A program made the translations under genes and the position numbers. Under the pieces are notes generated by a model. It searched no databases. It saw only the letters and a program-made list of their open reading frames with translations, and was not told the origin of the DNA. Source: Gemmatimonadota bacterium (GTDB lineage Bacteria; Gemmatimonadota; Gemmatimonadetes; Gemmatimonadales; GWC2-71-9). Taken from it: DNA of 64,000 bases. The DNA lies in NCBI GenBank assembly GCA_039588295.1, contig JBDHAB010000006.1, positions 96,001-160,000 of the forward strand, written 5' to 3'. Positions 19,627-28,645 of the stretch are shown piece by piece (within the stretch, counting starts at the first letter, position 1; each line of letters starts with the position of its first letter).

Positions 19627-20294
19627 GCCGCGACCTTCCCGTCCGCGATGTGGATAATGCGATCGGCCTCGGCAGCGACGTTCGGGTCGTGGGTCACGAG
19701 CACAATCGTGTTGCCGGAATCATGCACTTCGCGAAACGTCTTGAGCACCTCGGCTCCCGCCTTGGAGTCGAGGTTTCCCGTCGGCTCGTCGATCAACAAG
19801 ATCGCGGGATCGCCGACCAGCGCTCGCGCGACCGCGACACGCTGCCGCTCTCCTCCCGACAGCTCATCCGGCCGGTGCCTCGTGCGATCGCCGAGCCCGA
19901 ATCGCTCGAGAAGTTGGCGCGCGCGGTGGCGCCGCTCGCGGCGGGAGAAGCCGCCGCGATACTGAAGCGGGAGAGCCACGTTCTCTTCGACCGGGAGGCG
20001 AGGCATCAAGTTGAAGGTCTGAAACACGAATCCGACCTTCTGATTGCGCACTCGCGCAAGCGGCCGCCCACGCAACGTGCTCACGTCCGTGCCGTCCAGG
20101 TGATAGACTCCTGCGCTCGCGGTGTCGAGGCAGCCGAGGATGTGCATCAGCGTGCTCTTACCCGAACCCGATGGGCCCATGATGGCCACGTACTCGCCCG
20201 CCTCCACGGCGAGGTCGATGCCGCGAAGTGCCGGTACGTCGACGCGGCCAAGGCGATAGGTCTTGGTGATGCCGTGCGCTTCCAGGAGGGCCAT
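19623..20294 (-). CDS. ABC ATP-binding protein (LolD/MacB type)
   Basis: GPSGSGKST, LSGGE, DEPTGNLD, VTHD. Confidence 0.95.
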   Translation of the reverse strand: MALLEAHGITKTYRLGRVDVPALRGIDLAVEAGEYVAIMGPSGSGKSTLMHILGCLDTASAGVYHLDGTDVSTLRGRPLARVRNQKVGFVFQTFNLMPRLPVEENVALPLQYRGGFSRRERRHRARQLLERFGLGDRTRHRPDELSGGERQRVAVARALVGDPAILLIDEPTGNLDSKAGAEVLKTFREVHDSGNTIVLVTHDPNVAAEADRIIHIADGKVAA

Positions 20295-20296
20295 GG

Positions 20297-21421
20297 TCAG
20301 CCTCCCCCGCGGATGGCGGCGCGTCGGGTCGCCTCAACCGGATCGTCCAGCGCCACGGAGTCCCCGGCGGCGAGCCCCTCGGTGATCTCCACGTGGGTGA
20401 GGTCACTGAGTCCGAGCGTGACCGGAGTCTCCTGGGTCTCGCCCGCCGTCAGCTTGTGCACGATGGGGCGGCCACCGACGAAGAACACTGCCTCGACCGG
20501 AACGCGGACCACATCGTCCCGCGTCGGTCCGGCAATCCGCACGTTGGCGGTCATCCCCGGTCGCAGGATCCGCACGCCCTCTCGAACCTCGATTTCCACG
20601 TCGAAGACTCGGATCCGATCCTGTTGCCGGGCCGCGGGAGGCACCAGGCGAACCACGCCGAGCGCCGTATCCCCTGGGAAGGCGTCGACCGTGATCGTGA
20701 CGATGTCTCCGCGCGTCACCTTCCCGATATCCACTTCGTTGATGGCCGCCCGAATGAGCAGTGTGGAGAGATCTGCGATCGTGAACAGCTCGGTTCCCCC
20801 GCCGAAGGCGCTGGTCCCGCCGACCACGGTCTCGCCCTCTTCGACGCCGCGCAGAATGACCACGCCTGCCGATGGTGCCGCAATCCGAGCCGACTGCTCC
20901 TCGTCGGTCGCCTGGACGCCGCTCTCCTCCATCAGCCGGAGTTGTTCGCGGACGGCGCGAAGCTGGTTCTCCGCCTGCTCGTAGGCCACGCGACTCGTCT
21001 CGACATCGGCCTCCGAGATGAGGGAGCGGGTTTCGAGCTCCTGGGCGCGCTCGTACTCTCGCGCGAGATTCGTGACGGAGATCTCGGCAGCGCTGATCTC
21101 ACTGCGCAGTTGGGCGAGTGAGTTCGCCTGAGCGATATCCGGGACGATGGTCGCGAGGCGCTGCCCGGCTCGCACGGAGTCACCTTCCCGTACGTGGAGT
21201 CGACGGACGACGCCGGAAATAGGCGACTTGACGACGATCTGCCGTTCCGGCTCGACTACGCCGGTCTCCTCGATCGTGACGCGGATGGCGCCTCGGTCGG
21301 CGATCCCAACCTTGAACGGGTAAGCCTGGGATCGCTCGCCGCCGTTCGCTGACGAACAGGCAGCGACAGCGGCTGTGAGCGCGGCGGAGAAGCCCGGGAG
21401 TCGGACGAGTCGGAGAACCAT
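20297..21421 (-). CDS. Periplasmic adaptor / membrane fusion protein (MacA-like)
   Basis: Lipobox-like VAAC; VKSPISGVV, coiled coil, LRPGMTANV. Confidence 0.9.
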   Translation of the reverse strand: MVLRLVRLPGFSAALTAAVAACSSANGGERSQAYPFKVGIADRGAIRVTIEETGVVEPERQIVVKSPISGVVRRLHVREGDSVRAGQRLATIVPDIAQANSLAQLRSEISAAEISVTNLAREYERAQELETRSLISEADVETSRVAYEQAENQLRAVREQLRLMEESGVQATDEEQSARIAAPSAGVVILRGVEEGETVVGGTSAFGGGTELFTIADLSTLLIRAAINEVDIGKVTRGDIVTITVDAFPGDTALGVVRLVPPAARQQDRIRVFDVEIEVREGVRILRPGMTANVRIAGPTRDDVVRVPVEAVFFVGGRPIVHKLTAGETQETPVTLGLSDLTHVEITEGLAAGDSVALDDPVEATRRAAIRGGG

Positions 21422-21571
21422 ATCGTGAACCTTGGCTCGAGGGATCGAGGATGCCGCCTTCACATTCCTGTATACGTCGTGGATGCTGTCTCGGTTTCGC
21501 ACTGAGCCTTTGCGCCCGACGACGGGGTGGGATATCCTCCGGAAAGTGTAGCCTGCTGGAGAGCATCTGCA

Positions 21572-22060
21572 ATGCGCGTTGCCAAGACCATCACGGCCGT
21601 CGACGCCCACGCGGCCGGAGAGCCGGGACGTGTGATCACGGAAGGTGTGGCGGATGTCCCCGGCGGAACCATGTTCGAAAAGCGCCTCTACCTCGAGCAA
21701 CAGGGCGATTGGATCCGGAAGCTCATGTTGCGGGAGCCCCGCGGCTACCCGGCCCTGTGCTGCAACGTGATCCTGCCGCCGACGGATCCCCGGGCTGACG
21801 CGGGCTTCGTCATCATGGAGCAGACGGAATACCCGGCGATGTCCGGAAGCAACACTATCTGCGTGACGACGGTGCTGATCGAAACGGGGATGGTCCCTGC
21901 CGTGGAGCCAGTCACGGAGCTCACGCTCGAGACCCCGGCCGGGCTGATTGACGTGCGGGCCGATGTAGAGAAGGGCAAGGTCCTGGGCGTCACCTTCGAA
22001 AATGTGCCGGCGTTTGCCGTACATCTCGATGCCGAGCTCGACGTGCCGCAGCGCCGGTGA
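21572..22060 (+). pseudogene. Proline racemase/hydroxyproline epimerase family, N-terminal ~160 aa
   Basis: DAHAAGEPGR, EPRG, MSGSNTIC, ETPAG, ENVPAF; homology stops at LDVPQ. Confidence 0.9.
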
Positions 22061-22152
22061 CGGGCCCTCCGTCACATCATGATAATCACTCCGCCGCCAC
22101 CGATCCTCCGTAGCTGTACCAACGGCGTGGCGCCTTGACCCTACGGGGCGTG

Positions 22153-22851
22153 ATGAACGTAGAGAAGCTCATCAAGCAATCCACGTGGTGGCGCGAAGCG
22201 GAGCGGACACCGGATCGGCACTACGATGCGTCGTCGGGCGTGACGCTCGCCGATCATCTCCTGCGGGTGCGCGGGAACGTGCATCTGCTGCTGAGTCCGG
22301 AAGGACTCGACGGGTACTTCGCCGAGCTTCGCGAGGCTCTGGCAGCAGCGGGGTGCGATCTTGAGGCGACATTGGAGATCCTGAGCACCGTCGCGCTTCT
22401 CCACGACATCGGCAAGACGAGCGAGCACAGGGACGCCGAGTGCGAGCATCCGCTCACGCATAAGCGTGTCAAGATGCGCCATCCGGTTGTCAGCCTCCTC
22501 GCGGCGCTGGAAACGCTACCGGACGATCAGCCGAGCAGAGAAGCGGTGCTCGCCTTGGTGGAAGAGCACGACACACCGTACTCCTGGTACATGCAGTTTC
22601 AGCGATCCGGGCAGATTCCGAGACGCAAGGCGTGGGCGCGACTCGATCGAGCAATTGACCCACGAGAAGACGGGACGGGACTAATCCTTCTCTGCGTCTT
22701 CAAACTGGCCGATATCGACGGTCACGACGATGTGGCGGACGTTCCGTGGTTCATCGAAGACGCGAACGCCAGCCTACTTCGGGAGAAGGGCAAATGGGTG
22801 CCGGTGCCGGATCGCGAGTCCCTCCGCCGCCTGGCCCAACAGGTCAGCTGA
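22153..22851 (+). CDS. HD-domain protein
   Basis: TLADH..LLHDIGK..HP..EEHD..LAD. Confidence 0.8.
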   Translation: MNVEKLIKQSTWWREAERTPDRHYDASSGVTLADHLLRVRGNVHLLLSPEGLDGYFAELREALAAAGCDLEATLEILSTVALLHDIGKTSEHRDAECEHPLTHKRVKMRHPVVSLLAALETLPDDQPSREAVLALVEEHDTPYSWYMQFQRSGQIPRRKAWARLDRAIDPREDGTGLILLCVFKLADIDGHDDVADVPWFIEDANASLLREKGKWVPVPDRESLRRLAQQVS

Positions 22852-22886
22852 CAGCGGCATGGCCTGTCAGGGCACGCCGATGAGAG

Positions 22887-24368
22887 TCAATGCGGCCGCC
22901 ACCACGGAACCGACCGCTCAAACGACCTGTGCATGAGGTCGCGCTCGCGCTGATCCCGGGCAGCCACCTTCCCCGACCGCAGCAGCGCCGCCAGGTCCTC
23001 TTCGGCCGCGTCATCACCCTGTGCCAGCGCTTTGCGAAACCAGTCTGCCGCTACGGCCGCGTCCGGCGGTACGCCGTACCCGTTGGCATACATGTCGCCA
23101 AGGGCATACTGGGCGCCCGCATCTCCCTGCTCCGCGGCCTTGCGATACCAGTGGACGGCTTCCGTGAAGTCGCCGACGTCAAAGTACCGCACCCCGAGGA
23201 AGTACTGTGCCTCAGCATATCCCTGCTTGGCTGCCTCGCTGCACCAGTGGAACGCCTCGGCGCCGTCGGTGAGTACACTCAGGCGGAATTGAGCCGCGGC
23301 GATGCCGTGTTCGGCGGCCGCCTGAAGCCAGCGACGCGCCTCCGCTTCGTCCTCCGGAACCCCTTCCCCCAGGTAATAGCACTCGCCGAGCCTGTACCGC
23401 GCCTCCGGAAACCCCAGCGTCGCCGATCGGTGATACCAGGCCGCCGCCAACTCAGCACTGCGATGCACACCCTTTCCCTCTCGATACAGGGTACCCACTC
23501 GGCACTGCGCCTCCGCGTCTCCCCCCTTCGCGCGCTCGAGCAGCGCCATGGCCTCGTCGAATGCTCGGCGGCCCGCGTGCGCCGTCCGCACGATCTCCTC
23601 CAACAACGCTCGCACCGGGCCATCACTGCCCGCACGCGCGTCTTCGCACGCCTCCAGCACCGCTGGATGGCGGTTCGCATTGCTGGCTAGGCTCCACTGC
23701 GCCGTGGCCTTGGCACCGATCAGCTCCACCTCGCGGCGGGTGAGCCGAAACGGCAATGCGTCACGAATAGCCGCGAATTGCCAGGGCGACCGCAGGTGCA
23801 CGCCTTCCAGCATGCACAGGCAGTCGAGGTCACCGGGTGTCTCGATCGTCCGACCGTCAGGATCGCAGCCGATGCCGGCCACGGTGTGAAGCTGCGCACA
23901 CGCTTCCGCGCGATCCCCGAACACGCTTTCGAACCATGAGCAGAGCCACAGCTCGAGCTTCTCCCGAACGATGTCAGGGCGCTGCAGCTGGCCGATGAGG
24001 GCGGCAATCGGCGCGTGACTCCCGGTCAGCATGAACTCGGCCCACAGCAGGTCGTTTTCGGTAGCCGTCACGAGCGGTCGGTCGACGGCGTTCGTCAGAC
24101 CAGACGGCCCTCCCGCGAGCTGCCGGAGGATTCCCGCCACGAAGTCTCGTCCCGCCGCCGGTGCGTCGCGCGCGACACGGTCGTACTCCGAGACGAGATC
24201 CGGGTGGCGTTGCGCCAGCCGTGCGAAGAAGTATCCGGTGGGGGCCGACGATCGCGGGTCCGCAACATGCTCGCTGGCCGCGCACCAGGCGAGGACCGCG
24301 GCAGCGCGCTCCGGTGTCGGGTCCCGGTAGTAGTACGTCAGGAACTCATCGACGTCGATCAGGTCCAT
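22887..24368 (-). CDS. SEL1-repeat protein with uncharacterised N-terminal domain
   Basis: Repeats like AQYALGDMYANGYGV..A..WFRKA; N-terminal DLLWAEFMLTG, AQWSLASNA. Confidence 0.88.
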   Translation of the reverse strand: MDLIDVDEFLTYYYRDPTPERAAAVLAWCAASEHVADPRSSAPTGYFFARLAQRHPDLVSEYDRVARDAPAAGRDFVAGILRQLAGGPSGLTNAVDRPLVTATENDLLWAEFMLTGSHAPIAALIGQLQRPDIVREKLELWLCSWFESVFGDRAEACAQLHTVAGIGCDPDGRTIETPGDLDCLCMLEGVHLRSPWQFAAIRDALPFRLTRREVELIGAKATAQWSLASNANRHPAVLEACEDARAGSDGPVRALLEEIVRTAHAGRRAFDEAMALLERAKGGDAEAQCRVGTLYREGKGVHRSAELAAAWYHRSATLGFPEARYRLGECYYLGEGVPEDEAEARRWLQAAAEHGIAAAQFRLSVLTDGAEAFHWCSEAAKQGYAEAQYFLGVRYFDVGDFTEAVHWYRKAAEQGDAGAQYALGDMYANGYGVPPDAAVAADWFRKALAQGDDAAEEDLAALLRSGKVAARDQRERDLMHRSFERSVPWWRPH

Positions 24369-24574
24369 GCGCGCCGCTCAGCCCTCAAGTCGCCATTCCC
24401 CCCGGCCTGAAACACGGACAGGCCTCGTGCTACATTCCCAGGCCGCCACGACGCCGGGATCGCAGGTCTCCGATCCCGCGCCGACCGTTCCGTTCTTGTG
24501 TCGATCATGGCTCCCCCTCAGGCCCATGCTGCTGATGTCCGTTTCGTGACCGGTGAAGTTCGGTGGCCGTGCGT

Positions 24575-25816
24575 CTATTCCGTGCCATCACCGCCCGTAC
24601 CCAGCCACGCCAATGCCTCGTGCGCGATTCGGCGCCCCGCCGACCAGACCCGTTGCTCCCACACCGGGTCGTCCGGATGGAACGCGCGCAGCAGGCGGCG
24701 TTTGATCTCGGCGGCCCGCGGATGGTCCGGACCACCGTGATGGTAGAGCCAGTTCTCGACGCGGAGTGCCTTGAACACCTCCATCGGCGGGAGTGTTCCG
24801 AACTCGAGGCTGGCGGCGGTGACCCGGGCATGCGGCAGCATGTCGGCGAACGCGAGCTTCAGCGACGCGTCGAGGTGCGTCGATACCGACTGGCCCCCGA
24901 TGGTCGAACGCACCGCGTCGCTTCCCCACATGGAGACGGCCCTGCCGTAGGCGGCATCGGTGTCCGGGACGTTCATGATGAGTTCGGCGCGGCCGTATGC
25001 ACCGAGGCCGGTGTGCACATCGATCACGACCACGTTCGTGGCGGTCGCGAGGAAGCGTTGGACGGTCCTGCGCACGGCCCCGTTCGCCCACGCCTCCGAG
25101 TGGCCGCCAAAGAAAAGACCGGTCGGATGCGAGTACTGTCCCGCCTGAAGCGCCTGTTGGGCTGCGGCCGCTCCTACGGTGACTCGGAACCTCAGCAGTC
25201 GCGCCCACGCCGACACTTCCGACCAGAACCCCAACGCGTCCGGAGCAATGGCCGTCGCCAGGCGCTCGTAGCCGGGATTGGACCGCGGCGGCACGCGATG
25301 GTCACGGAAGTTCCGGTTGAGGTCGACGTTCTCCTCGGTGAAGCGCCGCAGATGCGCCATCCCGTACGGGTTGATCGCGTGGATCATCACGAGCCGGACA
25401 CCGGAGGGCAGGCGCGACGCGATTCCTTCTTGGAGCAGACCCGTCTGAATCCCCGAACCCGCGAAGCCCTCTACCCCGTGGGTGCCGGAGCTCACGACGA
25501 GAACCGCCTGCGCGTCGTCAGGACCGATCAGCGCGACGTCGCTGAAGAGCGGCGCACCATCGGGGCCCGGGTGCGGATTCCTCAGACTCTCCACCGTGGC
25601 GCCCGCCGCTCGCGCGACGTCGAGAAACCGCTCCCGCGCCGTTCGATAGTCCGGTGAGAAGTGTGCACGTGGCTCCACGTCGCTGACCTCGCCCGCCGAC
25701 AAAGATGGACGTGGAAGCTCCCTCCATCCATAGGTCCCGAGCAATCGGACGCCGGCTCCCAGGGCGGCCGTCGTCACGCCCACGAAGCTCAGTACGAGGA
25801 TCGTTCTCGTCTTCAT
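24575..25816 (-). CDS. M14-like metallopeptidase (DUF2817-like) with N-terminal anchor
   Basis: SSGTHGVEG, INPYG, NVDLNRNF, DVHTGLG, LEFGT; ATGA overlap with upstream gene. Confidence 0.85.
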   Translation of the reverse strand: MKTRTILVLSFVGVTTAALGAGVRLLGTYGWRELPRPSLSAGEVSDVEPRAHFSPDYRTARERFLDVARAAGATVESLRNPHPGPDGAPLFSDVALIGPDDAQAVLVVSSGTHGVEGFAGSGIQTGLLQEGIASRLPSGVRLVMIHAINPYGMAHLRRFTEENVDLNRNFRDHRVPPRSNPGYERLATAIAPDALGFWSEVSAWARLLRFRVTVGAAAAQQALQAGQYSHPTGLFFGGHSEAWANGAVRRTVQRFLATATNVVVIDVHTGLGAYGRAELIMNVPDTDAAYGRAVSMWGSDAVRSTIGGQSVSTHLDASLKLAFADMLPHARVTAASLEFGTLPPMEVFKALRVENWLYHHGGPDHPRAAEIKRRLLRAFHPDDPVWEQRVWSAGRRIAHEALAWLGTGGDGTE

Positions 25817-26406
25817 GCGGCACCGTCCTTCAGCTCCGCGGACCCACCTCGCTCGTGGCGAGAGCGTTCCGGTCGGGCGCCGGCACCATCCTCGGTCCAC
25901 CGCTCGAGACGCTGCGGCGATTCGGCATCGTGCGAGTCCGGTTCCCGGAAGACGAAGTGCAACCCGCCCGTCACCACGACCGCGAATACCGCCGGCTGGA
26001 ACCGAGCGAGCCCGCCCTCCATGACTATGTACAGCAACCCCACGCCAAGCACGGACAGGTAGAGCATGAACGACAGCGCCTGCCTGGATCCCGACACGTG
26101 CTGTGACGCTTCGAGCGTGACAATGGCCAGCAACGCCCCCAGCGGAAGTTGAAACTCCCACCTGACGACCCCAAGCGACCACGGGATCGCTTCCGGCAGG
26201 CTGCCAACCACCACGAACGTCAGCACCGCCACGGGGAGTAGCCCGGCGACCGCCAACCGCCATTGCATCAGCCGGTCTCCTTCGTACTCGGCGAACAGCG
26301 CCCGCATTCTCAGGACGATGACCCAGAACGCGGCGATGATGACCGCCGGGTATCCGATGTAGATGAAGACCTTCCGTAACACGTCCAGCACTCCGCTCTC
26401 CGCCAT
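25813..26406 (-). CDS. Hypothetical membrane protein (~5 TM)
   Basis: Hydrophobic segments; GAGGAGG RBS; first gene after the sigma54 promoter. Confidence 0.7.
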   Translation of the reverse strand: MAESGVLDVLRKVFIYIGYPAVIIAAFWVIVLRMRALFAEYEGDRLMQWRLAVAGLLPVAVLTFVVVGSLPEAIPWSLGVVRWEFQLPLGALLAIVTLEASQHVSGSRQALSFMLYLSVLGVGLLYIVMEGGLARFQPAVFAVVVTGGLHFVFREPDSHDAESPQRLERWTEDGAGARPERSRHERGGSAELKDGAA

Positions 26407-26445
26407 GATGCCCTCCTCGTTGACGTTTCACGTCACTGCGTGGGA

Positions 26446-26462
26446 AGCAATGGGTGTACCAG
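26446..26462 (-). promoter_or_regulatory. Sigma54 (-24/-12) promoter
   Basis: Minus strand CTGGTACACCCATTGCT matches YTGGCACGRNNNTTGCW with correct GG-N10-GC spacing; divergent from a GAFTGA activator. Confidence 0.8.
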
Positions 26463-26552
26463 AGGGCGGGCGATACGCCAAATAATTACAGGGCAGTTAC
26501 TTACGAGGCCAGCGAGCAGACACTGGGACAGCCTCAATGACGTGGGTGATTG

Positions 26553-26587
26553 ACATTTCATGTTCATGGGCGTACACAAAATGTACG
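26553..26587. promoter_or_regulatory. Candidate paired upstream activator sites ACA-N5-TGT
   Basis: ACATTTCATGT (26553) and ACACAAAATGT (26574, within CGTACA-N5-TGTACG), 21 bp apart. Confidence 0.55.
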
Positions 26588-26630
26588 TATCGCAGCGTGC
26601 ACGGACCCAACCGTTTCCCGAGGACCGCCC

Positions 26631-28175
26631 ATGTCGGTGCTGCCTCAACGCGAGCGAGCGTTCCTGCAGGCGATCTCCACTTTGGCGTACGCCAACCCGT
26701 TTCTGACCGAGCGGATCGACGCGGAGCGCCAGGTGCTGGGACGCGACTTCCAGGACGTCGGCGCCATCCGGAGCCTCTCCGTTACGGATCCGACGCACAC
26801 GGATCCGAACCGTGTCCGCACGGACGAGAAGCTCGAAGCCATGGTCCCGGCCGTCCGGCGCCGGCTCTCCCGGAGCGAGGAGGCATCGGAGGACGACCTG
26901 CGTCTGTACCAGGACGCCGTGTTCCTGCTGCTGTACCGCCGGCACCTCGACGCCTTCCGCGAACTTGCCGCGCCGGTGGCCGAGCCGCGCCGCAGATCCG
27001 GGCGGGTGCGGATGTATGCAGCCTTCCTTCGCGACTGGCACGACCTGTTCGAGATCCCAGGGCTGCGGTGGCGACCCCCGCTCGACCCGGCGCACGTGTT
27101 CGCGTGCCTGTACCAGATCCAGCGTGCCTTCCACCATACGTTCGCGACCATCGTGGGGCGTTCCGAGGTCGCCGCCCGGCTGCGGGCCTCAGTGTGGGAG
27201 TCGATCTTCACCCGCGACATGCGCCGCTACCGGGACGGGCTGTACGATCGGATGGTCGATGTGACGACGCTCGTCACGGGCCCGTCGGGCACCGGAAAGG
27301 AGTTGGTGGCGCGAGCGGTCGGAATGTCGCGGTACATTCCCTTCAATGCCGAGGCCGCCACGTTCGCCGCCGACCCGAACGTGGGATTCCACGCGCTCAA
27401 TCTCTCGGCGATGCCGAGCACGCTCATCGAATCGGAACTCTTCGGCCACAAGCGAGGGGCGTTCACCGGCGCGGTGGGAGACCGCATGGGCTGGCTTGAG
27501 GTCTGCTCCCCGTACGGAACGGTGTTTCTCGACGAAGTCGGCGAGCTCGATCCAGCCATCCAGGTCAAGCTGCTGCGGGTCCTGCAGACACGGACGTTCC
27601 AGTCAGTCGGCGACACCGCGGAGAAGCGGTTTGCGGGTAAGATCGTGGCCGCCACGAACCGCGACCTGGCCGGAGCGATGCACAGCGGGGCGCTGCGAGA
27701 GGACTTCTACTACCGCCTGTGTTCGGACGTCATCGTCACACCGTCGCTGCAGGAGCAGCTCCAGGAGAACCCCGACGTCTTGCACGAGCTGCTGGTGTTC
27801 ATTGCCGATCGCGTCGCGGGTGTGGATGCGGCTCCCATCGTTTCCGAGACCGAAGCGTGGATTGTCGCACACCTTGGGCGTGACTATCCATGGCCGGGAA
27901 ACATTCGTGAGCTGGAGCAGTGTGTCCGCAGCGTCATGATTCGCGGATCGTACCGCCGTCTTTCCCGTGCCCGCCCGACGTCACCCATGGAGGACATGCT
28001 GCGGGACATCGAGCAGGGGGCGCTCACCGCCGACGAACTCTTGAGCCGGTACTGCACCTTGGTCTTCGCACAAACGGGCAGCTTGCAGGAGTGTGCACGG
28101 CGCCTGGAGTTGGATCGGCGCACGGTGAAGCGTCGTGTCGACGAAAGGTGGCTCACCCGGTTCGCGAAGGCGTAG
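26631..28175 (+). CDS. Sigma54-dependent enhancer-binding protein with unrecognised N-terminal sensor
   Basis: GPSGTGKE, ESELFGH, GAFTGA, FLDEVGE, REDFYYRL, WPGNIRELE, C-terminal HTH. Confidence 0.93.
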   Translation: MSVLPQRERAFLQAISTLAYANPFLTERIDAERQVLGRDFQDVGAIRSLSVTDPTHTDPNRVRTDEKLEAMVPAVRRRLSRSEEASEDDLRLYQDAVFLLLYRRHLDAFRELAAPVAEPRRRSGRVRMYAAFLRDWHDLFEIPGLRWRPPLDPAHVFACLYQIQRAFHHTFATIVGRSEVAARLRASVWESIFTRDMRRYRDGLYDRMVDVTTLVTGPSGTGKELVARAVGMSRYIPFNAEAATFAADPNVGFHALNLSAMPSTLIESELFGHKRGAFTGAVGDRMGWLEVCSPYGTVFLDEVGELDPAIQVKLLRVLQTRTFQSVGDTAEKRFAGKIVAATNRDLAGAMHSGALREDFYYRLCSDVIVTPSLQEQLQENPDVLHELLVFIADRVAGVDAAPIVSETEAWIVAHLGRDYPWPGNIRELEQCVRSVMIRGSYRRLSRARPTSPMEDMLRDIEQGALTADELLSRYCTLVFAQTGSLQECARRLELDRRTVKRRVDERWLTRFAKA

Positions 28176-28218
28176 GAGTCGCACGTCATCGCGGCCGATC
28201 GACCCGCTCCGACCGTCG

Positions 28219-28395
28219 TTATGCATCCTTCAGGGCCTTCATTTCGTGGAGCACGCCAGGATCCCGCATCGGATCGTAGTCCGACCAATGTTCCACGCCC
28301 TTGAGCGCGCACGCGATCGACCAGATACGATCGCCATCGTCGAGACCATCTGCGAACCGACTGTACAGCGGCGCGATCGTGAAATCCGCAGGCAT
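28219..28395 (-). pseudogene. 58-aa ORF, probable gene remnant or small protein
   Basis: MPADFTIAPLYSRFADGLDDGDRIWSIACALKGVEHWSDYDPMRDPGVLHEMKALKDA; protein-like composition, no clear RBS. Confidence 0.4.
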
Positions 28396-28645
28396 GGGAT
28401 ACTGATGGGTGCCTGATTGGTGATCGCGCCGCTGGCGGGATCAGCTTGCCTATGGGGTGTCATTGGGGTCATGAAATGAGCGTTTCGACCTCCCTCGGAC
28501 GGCTGGAGCGCCCTGCAAGACGAGTGCGCGGTGCCGCGACCGGTGGCGTCGACGGTTTGCGGGCAGAGCGCTGGCGCACCTGCACACCAATGAGCCCCGA
28601 GCGGTGATCGTCGAGGCATGTCAGCATGGTCCTAGGCAGAGGCGA

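Noticed and set aside
20297..22075. 592-aa ORF as one protein (likewise 24575-26431 and 33385-35031)
   Set aside because: The N-terminal extensions are antisense or off-frame shadows of neighbouring genes; true starts are internal.
22072..22140. Minus-strand peptide GQGATPLVQLRRIGGGGVIIMM resembling the start of a fold-II PLP enzyme
   Set aside because: Only ~22 codons bounded by stops; could be chance.
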